Shown: positions 49,712 through 62,441, numbered from the stretch's first letter. The stretch is 64,000 bases of DNA from Felis catus (GCF_018350175.1 NC_058377.1:9982001-10046000); one strand, 5' to 3'. The notes: generated by a model not told the origin, from the letters alone. A program made the numbers and translations.

Positions 49712-51431
49712 TCTTGCACATCTTTCTTAAGTGGATGTACAATGTTCCATTTATAGAAGATGCCATTTATGTAGTCATTTCCCGATGTTGGACATTTAGG
49801 GTATTTCCTATTTTTTGCAATTGTAAATAATGCTACAATGAGCATCCATATTTGCACCTAATTATTTCTTAGGATATGGAATTGCCACATCAGAGGATAC
49901 ACATTTTATGTTTAAGCCTCCTTATACTTCTTGTCAATTGCATTCTTGGAAAATTGAGTCATTTTTTTTTCATACTACCAATACAGGAGAGTGCCCATTT
50001 AGTTTCCTGAATTCTGAGCTAAAAATAAAATCCTGTCAACTGTGAGTCTAACTGAATATTCCATTTAGGTTGTGTCCAGGCATTATATAGTATCCAACTT
50101 GGGAAAAGGCTCCATTCACTAAAATTGGGTCACCCAAATCCGTGACTTTAAAACTTATATTCTCTTCATCCATTTAAGTAGAAGTAAGTAGGAGAACAGT
50201 AGCAACAAGGGGGAAAGAATTAGAGGCTAAGATAAGGCTATGACCAGGCAGAGGTAAAAAATAAATTAATTTATAACAAAAATATAAAAAAAAAAAAAAG
50301 AGGAAGAGCTGAAGTGGCAGAAGCAGAAAATAGAAGTAGAAAGACCTAGAAGTGGTTTCAGAGTTTTTTTCTTCTGAACCACCTGTAAAGTTCCACCACC
50401 GATGGTGACTCTATCTGCTCTCAACTCAGCAAGCTGCATTAAAACCAAAAGCCATACCAAAACACAAAACTCTGTCAGAAGTGTGGGAAAATCCTGATTT
50501 TTCCACAGCAGTAAAATGGACATGATTTAGAAGCTTCCCTCTCTCTCTCTTTTTCTATTTAGTTAGCAAAAGAAGGAAATTTCATTAGGGAGACAGAGGT
50601 CAGAACAGATAGGGTTGGCGCTGGTGAGAGTTGGAAATGTACTAGCAAGAAAAAGCATCCGGAGTAAGCTTCAAACTATTCAGCCTATTTCCTCAGACAA
50701 GTGTTTTTCTCTGGCCATCAAACAGTTGACAATCACGTAGACACCCTGGCTCCACTAGAGACCCCAGGGGCTCAGAAATGAGGTCTGTCCTGCAGCAAGG
50801 GCAGGGGAGCTGAGTCACTCACCAAATTCAGAGCTCCCTGTGCTGTGGATGTTAAAGGTTAAATATCTCTCACTTTCTCTGTTAATTAAAAACAAGGACA
50901 TGGAAACAGGGAGGGAGATTGCCTGTTAGAAAAGGGCTTGGAGGGGCCCTAACTAGTTAACCCTGGTTGTGGCAGCTTCTGTGACTCCCAGAATGGGAAC
51001 CCTATGTTAGCAGAGACTGTGGAACAAGAAAAATAATAAAACACTGAGTGCTGTAGCAAGAGGGTCTCTGAATCCAGGAATATCCCATTTTTTGGCAGGT
51101 TTCCCTTACCCTCTGCTGGGATTAGCCTGTTAGACAATCCCAGAATAGCCCTCAACCCAGCTATATCCCTGGCGTGTTGCGCCTGATTGCCTGCGGCTGT
51201 ATTTTGGGTTTGGTTATGTCAGTTGTACCACTCCACCTTCCAGAACCATCCTTGGGGGAGAGATGTGGTACCCCTGATAAACACTTTCTGGCTGGCTCAG
51301 GGTGAATGGTTGTCAGAGGGAAGTGAGGGAAGGTCATCCCAGAATGTTAAGGAGGCACAGAACAAATGATAAAGGTGGGAGGAGAGAGGCCAGGACTCTT
51401 ACACGTGGGTGATCTGTGTTTCACTTCACAG

Positions 51432-51469
51432 GAGCTGCCCATCAACTTCCCAGAGGAAAAAGAAAATGG
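51432..51469 (+). CDS. C11orf52: C11orf52 coding exon 2
   Basis: ttcacag|G; SCPSTSQRKKKM; donor G|GTAACT. Confidence 0.88.
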
Positions 51470-52452
51470 GTAACTGGGCTTTGGGGGCGGGGGCTTGGAG
51501 TGGTCAAATTAGAGAAGAGAAAGTACTAGAACCAGTGTTTCTGGAAAGGGCGTAAGAATGAAAAGGAGTCGCAGCCTTGGAAGGGATAAAGGGAGACAGG
51601 ACACCAGAGAAACTCTTTTGGTTACTGGGTCCCAGATCAGCTCTGAAATTCTGGGTCTCATTCTTTCTGTTATCTTAGAGTGGCAAGCTTGGCTGTTCAT
51701 TCTTTCATTCACCCGGCAAAAATTAACTGAACACTTACAGTGTACATGAGGTGCGCTGCTGGGTCCCAAGGAGGCAGAGGAGCAAGAAGAGCTGCAAATC
51801 AAGTCTGAGAGACTTGTTTACACATAAACAAGAACTGCAATGGAGTCTGCTAGTGCTGTAATAGACTCATACTCACACCATGGGAGAATGAGGGAAAACA
51901 CCAATGTCGAAGGAATAATAGCAAATTCTCAGGCTGGAGGAGGAGCAGAGGAAAGGGTATTTCAGGCAGTGCAATTATCTCATGTAGAAGGAAGGTAGGA
52001 AGGAAGGAAAGGAGAAGGGGAGGGAGGAAGGAGAAAGAGACTGACTTGATTGAAAGTGACCAACTGTTTGGTGTAGCTGAGCACTCACACTTTGCACTGG
52101 AATAGTCTGTATGATTATCTGTCTCCTCCAGCAGACAGTAAGCTCCCTGAGGCAGAGAAAATAGCCTGCTCATCCTTCAATGCCCAGAATGGGTCACAGA
52201 GCCCAGCATACAACAGGCTCTCAGCATATATTTGTTGAACTGTGTTAGGGGTGGGTGAAAACTGAGGATGGAAGATATCAGTGGCAGAGTGTGAAAGGAG
52301 TTTGGATGTGGGGATGGTAGCAGTGAAAGGGGTGAACCCAGAGGCAGGGGGATTAGTTAGAAGCCCACTATAATAGTTTAACAGACATTCAAAGAGGGCA
52401 AGCTCAGGCAGCTCAAGAGATAATGGATTTAAGGTGGATTTCTGCCTCTCAG

Positions 52453-52508
52453 AAAGCCAAGCAAGACGGACATTGAAGCAGCAGCAGCAGCAGCAGAATG
52501 GCACCAAG
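52453..52508 (+). CDS. C11orf52: C11orf52 coding exon 3
   Basis: ctctcag|AA; (E)SQARRTLKQQQQQQNGTK; donor GTAATG. Confidence 0.88.
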
Positions 52509-52731
52509 GTAATGACAGGCCCCCGTCCCTTCCAGGGGGCTGTTCAGATACAGGATCTGAGGTTCCCGCTTTTTCACCCTGGGATGCATCTGGGTCATCT
52601 TGAACCAGAACTTGCTGGTTCTGCCCTACAAAGGAGCAGAGCGAGGGGACATCGGTATAGCTGACCCTGCTTTGCAGATGAGGGGCAAAAGCAAGCCAAG
52701 TACCTCCCTTAATGCTGTCAATTTCTTGCAG

Positions 52732-52980
52732 GCCCATGACACAACAGGACGTATGTATGAGCAGGTGTTAGAGAAGCCTGCGTCTCAGGAGAGGAGTCGA
52801 GGCCTTAGTGTGAAGGAGAACAGCTTACATTATGCAGACATTCAAGTGTACAGCTGTACCCAGCCACGCTCTGCTCTGGAAGTGAAGCATCTTCAGTCAG
52901 AAAATGCTACAGAATATGCAACCCTTCGCTTCCCCCAGGCCACGCCCCGCTACGACAGCAAGAACGGCACCCTGGTGTGA
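52732..52980 (+). CDS. C11orf52: C11orf52 coding exon 4
   Basis: ttcttgcag|GCC; AHDTTGRMYEQVLE...SLHYADIQV...ATEYATLRFPQATPRYDSKNGTLV*. Confidence 0.93.
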   Translation, partial: AHDTTGRMYEQVLEKPASQERSRGLSVKENSLHYADIQVYSCTQPRSALEVKHLQSENATEYATLRFPQATPRYDSKNGTLV

Positions 52981-53622
52981 GCCTTGGGGAGGAAGGGCCT
53001 GTTTCCGCCTCATTTCGCCACTACTCCTGTGGGGAGACTTCTGCTTTGGGGAATTGGCTGGTGGCCCAGAGATGGCTGCCACGTTTTAAACTTAACTCCA
53101 GAACCCCAGTGAGAGCCCCCCATTCTTGCTCTCTCCTCTAGGCCTACCTTTAATTTGCCACCGTGAGCTTGGAGTTGTTTCGGGGCTGGTTAGGGGCGGA
53201 TGGAGTTCCACAAAAGGAGGGACTAGGAGGAGCATGCCAAAAATTTTTTGACCCCTACCTTTGCTCTTGCTTTCAAGAAAAGTGAAGGAAGAACAGGTTA
53301 CCTCAGCACTTAAGTTGATTTTGTTAGGCTTAATTTAATGGTGTCTCTTTTATACACCTTAAATCTAAAGCTGAAGAAGTGCTCTGGAAAAGCATTCTGA
53401 GTTCTCACACCAGCCCCCAGGGCTGGCTTGGGCAATTCCCTCAATGGTTGGGTCAAAGGTCTCAGAACCTAAAAAAGACAAACGAGGGCAGGGGTGAGGC
53501 GTGGAGGAAACAATTCCCTGACCACCGGTTACACGTATTTCAAGTCACTGACAGCACTGCATGACCCGGAAACTCCCTTTGGCTGGACCGTAGGCTCTCG
53601 CAGGTGCAAAGTCTCTGGGATC

Positions 53623-53628
53623 AATAAA
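53623..53628 (+). terminator. Probable C11orf52 polyadenylation signal
   Basis: First AATAAA seen after the stop; GT-rich sequence downstream. Confidence 0.6.
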
Positions 53629-53649
53629 TCGCATAAGGAACATGCCTGG

Positions 53650-54300
53650 TGCGTGTTGCGGGGTGGGGGGTCTGCGGGCTCTACGTAAGTGCAGCAGGTC
53701 TCGCTTAGCCTAAGGGCGGCGGGGAAATCCAGACCCTTCGCGCCCTACTCCACAGGCCTTGGCTGAGCCGGAGCTGAGATGAGGTTTGCACGCCCAGGAG
53801 GCGGGCTCTCATCTGCGGAAGAGGGGCGCTCCCTGGGCGGGATCCTGGCAGTCAGGAGGCGGAGCTGGCTCGGGCCGCAGGAGGCTGGTCCGGAAGGCAG
53901 GGGGCGGGGTCAAGACCCGCCGGGGGTTGTGGTCGGGGACGTTAGGAGGCGGGGCCGGACAGGCAGGGGGCGGGGCCCAGGTAAGCTGGGGCTGGCTCGC
54001 GCTGGCCGGTGGTGGGCGGGGCCAGGTCGGGCCCGGCCTCCGCGTCACCATGGCAGCGGGAACGCGGCGGCGGCGGCCCTGCGGCTGCAGCAGGCCGTGC
54101 TCAGAAGGGCTGGGGACAGAGATGTTGAACCAGACGGACCGATGAGTTAAGAGGTAGGTGGTAAAAGGTGGGAGGTGCCTGGGAAATAGAATTACCACTG
54201 GTTGAGCTTCCAGATCAGAAATGGGGACACACGGAGGCGTGAGATGGAGGAGCCTGGGGGAGGGTGGGGGGGGGGGCGTTGAGGAGAAGGAGGCGGAAGT
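53650..54300 (+). promoter_or_regulatory. CpG island, probable upstream alternative promoter/first exon of DIXDC1
   Basis: Dense CpG, several GGGGCGGGG boxes, plus-strand donors CAG|GTAAGC (53981) and GAG|GTAGGT (54154). Confidence 0.6.
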
Positions 54301-56296
54301 TTCAGGTTCTGAACCGCTCTAAGCCTTACAGGTTCTTAGGATGCCGTACCTGATTCAGACTTTCAGAGCTTGGAGACCCGAGTAGTAATGCAAATCCCCT
54401 TTCAGTCTGTACCCCATCCTGCCCAAATACCAATGCCCTTCAGTTTATCCCCGAGAGGGATGATTCCTTAAGACTGACACAGTACTGAGAATGGAATCAC
54501 AGCACGAGAGAGTTGTTAAATAATAGTACCAACTATGTAGAATGTTTGTAGTTAAAAAGCACTTGGAACAGTACACAGTATGTAATCAAATATCGGCTGC
54601 CATTATCATCAGTATCATCATTTTCCCACCCTGTTCTCTGGCACGGACCTAGTGCAAGTGGATTCAGAAGAAGTGACTAGAAAACTTCATCACTAATTGG
54701 CAGAGCAACTCCCTAGCCTGCTACTATTAACTGGGGGGCAATAAAGTGAACTTTATATCCAACGGTAACTTACCATGACGGTCAAATGTGACAATGTAGG
54801 TGATAAGACTTTGTAAACTTAAAGTACTACGTAAAACATTTCTGCCTTAAAATATAAATGCGGCCTTTCTACGTTAAAACGGAATTCCTGAGGGTGAATA
54901 GAAGTGCATGGCAGAAGCTGAGCTCCCAGTGTTTGTCCTGATTGTCTTCAGAATCCTTCCTATGATCGTTGACTGATAAACATGGGGAGGAGGGAAAATG
55001 CATCCTTGCTTGACTGATAGGGAAGCATTGCTCTTTATTACTATTAAGCCTAAGTGGGTAGTTTTTAAAATGCCCTTGGGATAGCCCTGTTGTGATTACA
55101 GTATCTTTGGCTGGATTTCTTACTAACCAGGGTACTATTTCTGAAACTTCTAGATGGTATATGTTGGTAGATTTGGAGCAGGAGCCTGACCCTAATAGAT
55201 TGGTTTATCTTTGGAATGTTTTTTTCCTGTTCTGTATTTTTGCACATTCTCCCTCTTCCTATTTTAAGGTGGCCCTGATCCGGCTTTTCTAGGCACTCTG
55301 AAGATGGGGACTCAAGTGGTTAGGAGACTCTGTAACTCCCTGCTGCCCACAGAGCCCTCTGTAAGTTTCTGGTGTACTGTTGAAAGGAGTGTGATGACAT
55401 TAATGGAATTTTAGTGCAGTTCTACAACTGGGGTTTCTCCATCAGGACTCAGATCCTGGAACAAAATTGTCATATATTTGCTTTCTTCTCTTGCTACCCC
55501 TTCTTGTGGAAATTCTAGCTCCCTTGATTCATTACTAATAAAATCAGGAAGATTTTATTGAAAATTATAGCAATTAGAATATATGCATTGTTTAAAAGAT
55601 TTAAATGTTTGTTATAGAAATAATTCATGACAATTATAGAGCATTTAAGAAATATTGCAAACCATGATTTAAAAAAAAAAACAATAATGCTTCCATCCAG
55701 AAGCCCTCAATGTTAATATTTTAGAATGTAGAAATTTCTTCTAGCCTTTTTATATGTATATTACTTACATATTTAAGATTAAATTATGCACACACTTTTT
55801 GACTTTTGCTTTTTTTAACTTAATGTTTGTTAATAAGAAATTGTTAAAATATTTGTTTTAGTAGGTCTTCAAATGTTTGGTAAACATTATAATGATTCTA
55901 ATTTTCTTGACCATTTTTCTGTTTGTTGGACTTCTGGGTTCTCCTCACCCATTGTAAATAATGAATTGATTTCCTCATTTAAGACTTCTTTTCCTTAGGG
56001 TTGAGTCCCAGAAGTAGAATCCCTACCTCAAAGAATGTGAACATTTTAAGTAATAAGTTACCTTTTAAAGGAAGAATCCTGGTGTCAAATTATATATACA
56101 TCCTCCAGAAAGCTGAGAGATAGAAGGCTTCTTGGTAGAAATCTGGCTACCTCTTGCAATGAGATCTTAGGTTCTGAAGAAAGATGATTTCATCATAGTT
56201 ATGAACCCTAACATATTATGAATGTCAGTCCAGAGGTATGGGGGCTTGTTGTAGTGTTTACACAGTAGAGAAATTCAAGGATTACTTTCAAAATAT

Positions 56297-56312
56297 CCAC
56301 CAGATGTCGCTA
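56297..56312 (+). promoter_or_regulatory. Candidate CTCF site
   Basis: CCACCAGATGTCGCTA closely fits the CCACCAGRKGGCGCTA core. Confidence 0.5.
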
Positions 56313-56792
56313 GTCTTAATCTAATTTTTACCCACAGGATTACTAGCAGATAACTTTTGAAACATGAATTTAAAAAACTCATGTAGAATAGATTTGCATG
56401 TCTGCTTAAGTACAGTTTATATTAAGCACTAGCATCTGGTGATTACTTTGGCAACATCCTACTCGTCTCTTACCATTCTGTCTCTTTTTTTCCTTTTTCT
56501 ACCCACTCAGTCTGTCACACTCACCCTGTACACTCTGTCCCCACATACTAATATTGGATTCTCAGTTTTAGTAGTCGTCCTTTTACTATTCTTTTTTTCA
56601 GTCTTGTTTCTTGCCTCTATGTGTATTCATGTATTTATGTTTAACTGTGAGTTCCTGAATTTTTGTCTAAAAGAATAGAACGTGGCATATAATGACATAT
56701 AACAGATCCTCAACATATATCTAGTGACTGTTTAATGAAAAAAATGCATTGATGAAGGAGAAGAAAATATAGGAGGATACCAGGAATTATTT

Positions 56793-57010
56793 TTTTTTTC
56801 AACGTTTATTTATTTTTGGGACAGAGAGAGACAGAGCATGAACGGGGGAGGGGCAGAGAGAGAGGGAGACACAGAATCGGAAACAGGCTCCAGGCTCTGA
56901 GCCATCAGCCCAGAGCCCGACGCGGGCGGGCGGGGCTCGAACTCACGGACCGCGAGACCGTGACCTGGCTGAAGTGGGACGCTTAACCGACTGCGCCACC
57001 CAGGCGCCCC
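56793..57010 (-). mobile_element. Young SINEC_Fc-type Can-SINE
   Basis: TSD CCAGGAATTATTT; internal GCGG expansion near 56922. Confidence 0.93.
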
Positions 57011-57069
57011 CCAGGAATTATTTATATTTGTCTTGGAAATACACTGAAAGAGACAAAGATTCACACTTC

Positions 57070-57242
57070 TTTTTTTTTTTAATAAATTTATAAATTTATT
57101 TATTTATTTTTGATAGAGAGCTCAAGTGAGCAAGAGGCAGAGAGAGAGAGAGAATCCCATGAGGTGCAGAGAGAGGGACAGAGAAAGAGTACGAGCCCAG
57201 AGTGGGGCTTCATGCTTAATGGACTGAGCCACCCAGGCACCC
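57070..57242 (-). mobile_element. Internally deleted Can-SINE
   Basis: TSD ATTCACACTTCT. Confidence 0.8.
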
Positions 57243-57303
57243 TAATTCACACTTCTAAATTATAATTAAGTGCTAAGTGCTATAATATAGAACATGCTAT
57301 TAA

Positions 57304-57719
57304 TGTGATTTGAAGTCTGGGTCCGAGAGCAACGGTTAAGAAAGAATTCTTGAGACATTTTTGGTGCCAAAAATGTGTTTTTGTTATAGCACAGCGAGAG
57401 GACCCTTGAGCAGAAAGAGCTGCCCCGTAATTGTGAGGTGCGACAGGTTATATATTTTTAAGTTTGTGGAGGGAGCAGGGGGGAGTATAGATAGCATAGT
57501 TTCCAAGGAATTTCTGTATGCTGAAAGCAGGGACTACAGGACCTTGGAGATCTGGCTGTTGTTAAGATGAAGTTGCTTTTAGTCTCTAATAAAATATCAA
57601 CATTAAGGCAGCCATCAGTTCCTTGATGAATGTCATGCTCTGCATGCCTCAGATATTTATCAGTGGGCTGCAAGTTGTAAGATTTATTTAGTTAAATTTT
57701 CTTTCTTTTGTTCTCATCA
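57304..57719. mobile_element. Probable solo LTR (carnivore ERV-type)
   Basis: TG...CA bounded ~415 bp block of LTR-like composition; family not identified. Confidence 0.45.
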
Positions 57720-57744
57720 TGATGACTTTTGAATTATATAGACT

Positions 57745-57938
57745 TTTAAAAAATGCTTATTTATTTTTGAGAGAGAGAGTGTGAGTGGGGTAGGGGCAGT
57801 TAGAGAGAGGGACAGAGGATCTAACGTGGGCTCCACAGTGACAACAGTGATCCCCACGTGGGGCTCAAATACACGAACCATGACATCATGACCAGAGCCG
57901 AAGTTGGACACTCAACTGACTGAGCCACCCAGGCACCC
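57745..57938 (-). mobile_element. Can-SINE
   Basis: Head at 57938. Confidence 0.88.
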
Positions 57939-59171
57939 ATGACCTTTGGATTATAAAAAGAGGAATCTTGATTTATTGAGCATCTACTTCTGTGCTGGGA
58001 AATATTTTGGGTTCTAGAGATAAACCAGTAACAAAACATAACAAAATTCCCTGCTTTCATGGACCTTATATTCTGGGCAGGGAGAGACTGACAATAAGCA
58101 AATGAGCAAATAAATATAGACTATAGAGGACAGTGATGAATACTAGGAAGAAAAAGAAAAATAAACCAGGCAAAAGAAGTTTGGGAGTGCCTGGGTGAGG
58201 GAGTGTTGTCATTTTAAATAGAGTGGTCAGAGAAGGCCAGAGAGATAAAGTGATATTTGAACAGAAACCTGAAGAATGAACCATGGGTTATCTGGGGCGT
58301 GGGGGTCCCAGACTGATTAAAATCAGATCCACCCTGATTAAGAAAAACCAAAAGTAGCCACAGGAGTTTCATGAGGAAGCAGAACTTGAGGTAGGCATAA
58401 TAAGGATTTGAGTAGCAGAAGCGTGGGACATTCTAGACAGGACAGTCATGAAGGCATGGGAGGCAAAAATGGGCCTTGGAAATGTGGGAGACAGTGAGGA
58501 GCCTGCCAACCTGAGCATAGGCAATTTGGGGGACAGCCGTAAGAGCAGGGCACGAGGAATTTATATCTGATGGGAAAAGGGATTATTTGAAAACATTTGA
58601 GCATTTGAGCAGCAAGATGAATGCATTGTCTAAGGAAGATTAAGGGGTGTAGACTAGCAGAAAAGCCTGGAGACAAAGAGAGCAGTTTAGGAGCCAGGAC
58701 ACGTTTGTAGCCTTTGCCGGTAGATGTGAGCCCTTTTGTGTACATTTATGCTGATGTCTCTGAAGATAAATGCAGTAGAAATTGTAAACATACATCACTG
58801 CCAAGAAACTCGCTAATGTATGAAAACAGAAAAAGATTAAGAAATTATTTCAGGGTCATTTAAAATATTTCCATTGACAATTTTAATTATTTGTTTATTC
58901 AGGCCGCCATTCTGCTTCTTTATAGTCATTAATGATTGCCTACAATAGATGTATTAAATTTACATAGGTATGAATTTCACACATTTTACTTCTACATAGG
59001 CAGAAGTCACAGTCAGTATTTTTACCAAATGACAGTTCTGTTTAAAGCTCAAAGTCTTACTTAGGCTAACATGTTATTATCTGTATTAATATAAGTGATG
59101 AATGAGTTTGCCAGTGTTTCCTCCACTCATTCATTCATTCATTCATCCAACTAAACACATTTACTGAGTAC

Positions 59172-59199
59172 CTTTTTTCTTTAAAGTTTATTTATTTAT

Positions 59200-59246
<47 letters not shown>

Positions 59247-59370
59247 CAAGCCAGTTCCATGCTGTCAATGCAGAGCCTGATGCAGGGCTCAATCCCACAA
59301 ACCATGAGATCATGACCTGAGCTGAGATCAAGAGTCAGTTGCTTAATCCACTGAGCCATGCAGGTGCCCC
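59172..59370 (-). mobile_element. Can-SINE
   Basis: TSD ACATTTACTGA; (GA)n. Confidence 0.88.
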
Positions 59371-60301
59371 GACATTTACTGAATACCTTTTGTGTGGAAA
59401 GCATCATATAAAAGTATTGCATAATGATTAAGCCAGACTTTGGTTTCACCACTTAGCAGCAATAGGATCTGGAGCAAATTACTTATCCTCTAGACCTTTC
59501 TTTCTTCATCTATAAAATGGGGTTAATAAACAATTCCTACTGTTTATGGTAATTGTGACCATCAACTGTGCTAACATATGTAAGCACTTAGTATTGGACT
59601 TGGCACATAATAAAAGTTCAATTTTGCTATTATTATTGTTGTAGATAGATATTTGTGTAGCTTTTAGTTGGTGACGTAAGTCTCTGCCATTACTGTTAAA
59701 GTCATATAGGACTGAAGAGGTCTGGTATAATTTCAGAAATCAGGCAGCATGGCAGAGATATGCAGAAAGCAGCTTGCTTGGACCCTTTGCCTCTCCTCCC
59801 AGGCAGAGAGAATGACAAGCCAGCAGTGGTGGGAGTGGTTCCAGCTACCTGGACTGGCTTGCAGTTTTCCCCACACTCCAGCACTATGAGATGCAGATCA
59901 CTGGCCTAGTTATTCCTGGTTCGTTTAGCTAACCCACTTACTCTCTCAGCTCTTATGTTGATATCACAGCAGAGTGAGATGGGGAAGATGGAAGGAATAG
60001 TAATTGTGAGTGCTGCTTAGAACAAGCTCAGTTCTTCACCTGGGCTATTTGGTTAGGTAGACCATGATAAATAAGGTGAGCACATCTTCTGAGCAAAAAA
60101 ACCTTGAGATTATGCTCTAACAGGAATTTTGTGCTTTTTCCAAGCATGAGAGGCAGACTATTTGTGCAAATATAATTTTTGGAACATCTCATTAGTTGTG
60201 TGGGGGAAAACACAGAATATTTTGAAATGGTACTATCTAAATTTAAATGAATTAAAATTAAATGCTATTGAAATTTTAGTTCCACATTTGCAATAGCCAC
60301 G

Positions 60302-60317
60302 GTTTTTTTTAATGTTT

Positions 60318-60365
<48 letters not shown>

Positions 60366-60525
60366 ACTAGCAGAGGAGGGTCAGAGAGACAGGGGGACAG
60401 AGGATCCAGAGCTGGTTCTGTGCTGACGGCATCCAGCCCTGATGTGGGGCTTGAAATCACGAACCGTGAGATCATGACCTGAGCCCGAGTCAGATGCTCA
60501 ACCGACTAGACCACCCAGGCGCCCC
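60302..60525 (-). mobile_element. Can-SINE inserted in a MER3/MER33-like element (about 60200-60640)
   Basis: SINE head/tail; flanks aaatttaaatgaattaaaattaaa and acattttaagtgctcaata...gatatagaacatt. Confidence 0.85.
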
Positions 60526-62438
60526 ACAACAGACACATTTTAAGTGCTCAATAAACACATGTAGCCAGTGTCCACTGGCCACTGGATTGGATGTCACAGA
60601 TATAGAACATTCCCACCATCACATTGCACGTGACTACTGTAGAGTATGTGGTTGACATAATTACAGACTTCTAGGGAAGAGTGTAACTGTGGACCGAGTG
60701 CCCTGTAATAAATCTTGTATCTATTCACCACAGTTCCCTCTAATTCCTCCAGTGTACTGGGGGGTGCAGGGCAAATAGCACAGGGCTGAGCATCAGAGGC
60801 ATTTGGGTTCAGATCTTAGCGCCCATGCTGATTTGCTAAGTGACTGTAAATAACTCCCCTAGGCTTCATTCCTTCATGAGAGTCAAATGAAACTTCATCT
60901 TTTTAGCTTTAAAATCCAGGGATCTAATGAGTCTTTTCCCAGGAATATTGAGCTCACAGGTCCTACTTTGAAAAAGGACTTGTTCTTTGAGAAACAGGGA
61001 CCTTTTGGTATATAACTATCCACAGGGCCTCCCTCTGAAGTCTCAACATATTCGACTGTGTAAAAGCATGATGGGCTGTCAGAATCTATTTAGGGATCTA
61101 CTGACTGAGTGTTTTGGTTTTGCATCACTATGCACATAGATGTGTTGCCTACAATTTTACGTTGTTGGAAGTTTCATGCTTCTCTTTTAAAGGGGCCTTG
61201 TTGCAGTAATATGGGTTAGTCACTCACCTGATGATATTACACCGTGAGCTGTGGTCATGGCAAGGGGAATTTTTGGTGGTTAAATTCCCCAGCTAGTTAT
61301 GAAGGACGGTGGTCTTCTGACTTTTGGGCTGATCAGGTGCAGTTTGATTTGGAGTCATGGCTTTTCCCCAGCCTTTGCAGAACTGAACACACAGCATTCA
61401 TTCAATCAGCAGCACCCACTTAACACCTCTGCTGGCCTTCTGCTTCCTGCTTGCTGCCATCCTAGAAGAAGTGTGTCTTTCTCAGAAGTATCTTTGTGTT
61501 TAGTAGCTTCAGACATTCAGGCAAAATGATTCAGGATGTTTGGGGTACAGATTTTCTTTTTCTCTAGTGACCTGAGGAGGAGGAAGTCTTAGGTTGAAAA
61601 GAGCCATTACTGACTTTTCTTGCTAAGGTACCAATGGGAATTTGGGGAAGGAATGTGGGCCTTCTGCAAAAGCATGAGGGTAGAGCCTAGCTCCTCAAAC
61701 TGTGTTTGTCGCTGACCAGCTGTGTCCCGGGGCAAGGCCCTGACCTTTTCTGAGCCTTAACATTCTGTAAATCCTTCCCCTCCATCTGGGATCACGAGGT
61801 GTAACATAATATGGGGTGTTCTTTCAGCTTCCTGTTTTCCTATAGAAACAAGAATGTGCGCTGAAGAGTACAAAATGACTGGTATTCCTAAAAATAAATA
61901 ATCAAGGCTGTGACTTGAATAACTAGCAACAGAGGGGAATAGCTCTCTGTTTCATTTGAGCAAGTTTTTACCTAACTCTTTCAAAAGCTCCAGGACATTT
62001 TTGTAGTGTTTATTTTAATTAAAATCCATTTAATTCATTTAAAGCTCACTAAAGATATGGGCTTTACCTTTTAGCGGCTATTTTTAAAAGAAAAAAAGAG
62101 AGGCTTTTTGGAGCATAGCCTTAGTGATACTTGGTTTTCCGTCGATGTTTCTGTTGTGATCCTGTGTGATTTGTTAAGTACTACTTCTATTAAATGTTTG
62201 CTGATACCATCAGTAACTAAAGTTCTCTCTATCCTCTTTTTTCCCCTCTCCTTCTGGCTGGTTTATCTCACTTTTTTTTTTCTGTCCCTTCTGCTTCCCC
62301 TTCTATAGCCTAACCTCACTGCCCAGGCCCCTTGTGGAAAAAGGTTGCTGTTTTTAGCTAGTCTGGGGGAAAAAAATCCTGATTCACTCCCCTCCCCACC
62401 CATCTTGTGGTGGGGCACTTGGCCTTAAATCAGCAGAA

Positions 62439-62441
<3 letters not shown>

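Larger units (their letters stand above)
46884..52980 (+). other. C11orf52: C11orf52 orthologue gene span, 4 coding exons, 124 aa
   Basis: 32+38+56+249 = 375 nt in frame; synteny between HSPB2 and DIXDC1. Confidence 0.92.

Noticed and set aside
56364-56432. Short ORF MNLKNSCRIDLHVCLSTVYIKH as an alternative DIXDC1 N-terminus
   Set aside because: No convincing phase-0 donor before its stop and no recognisable homology
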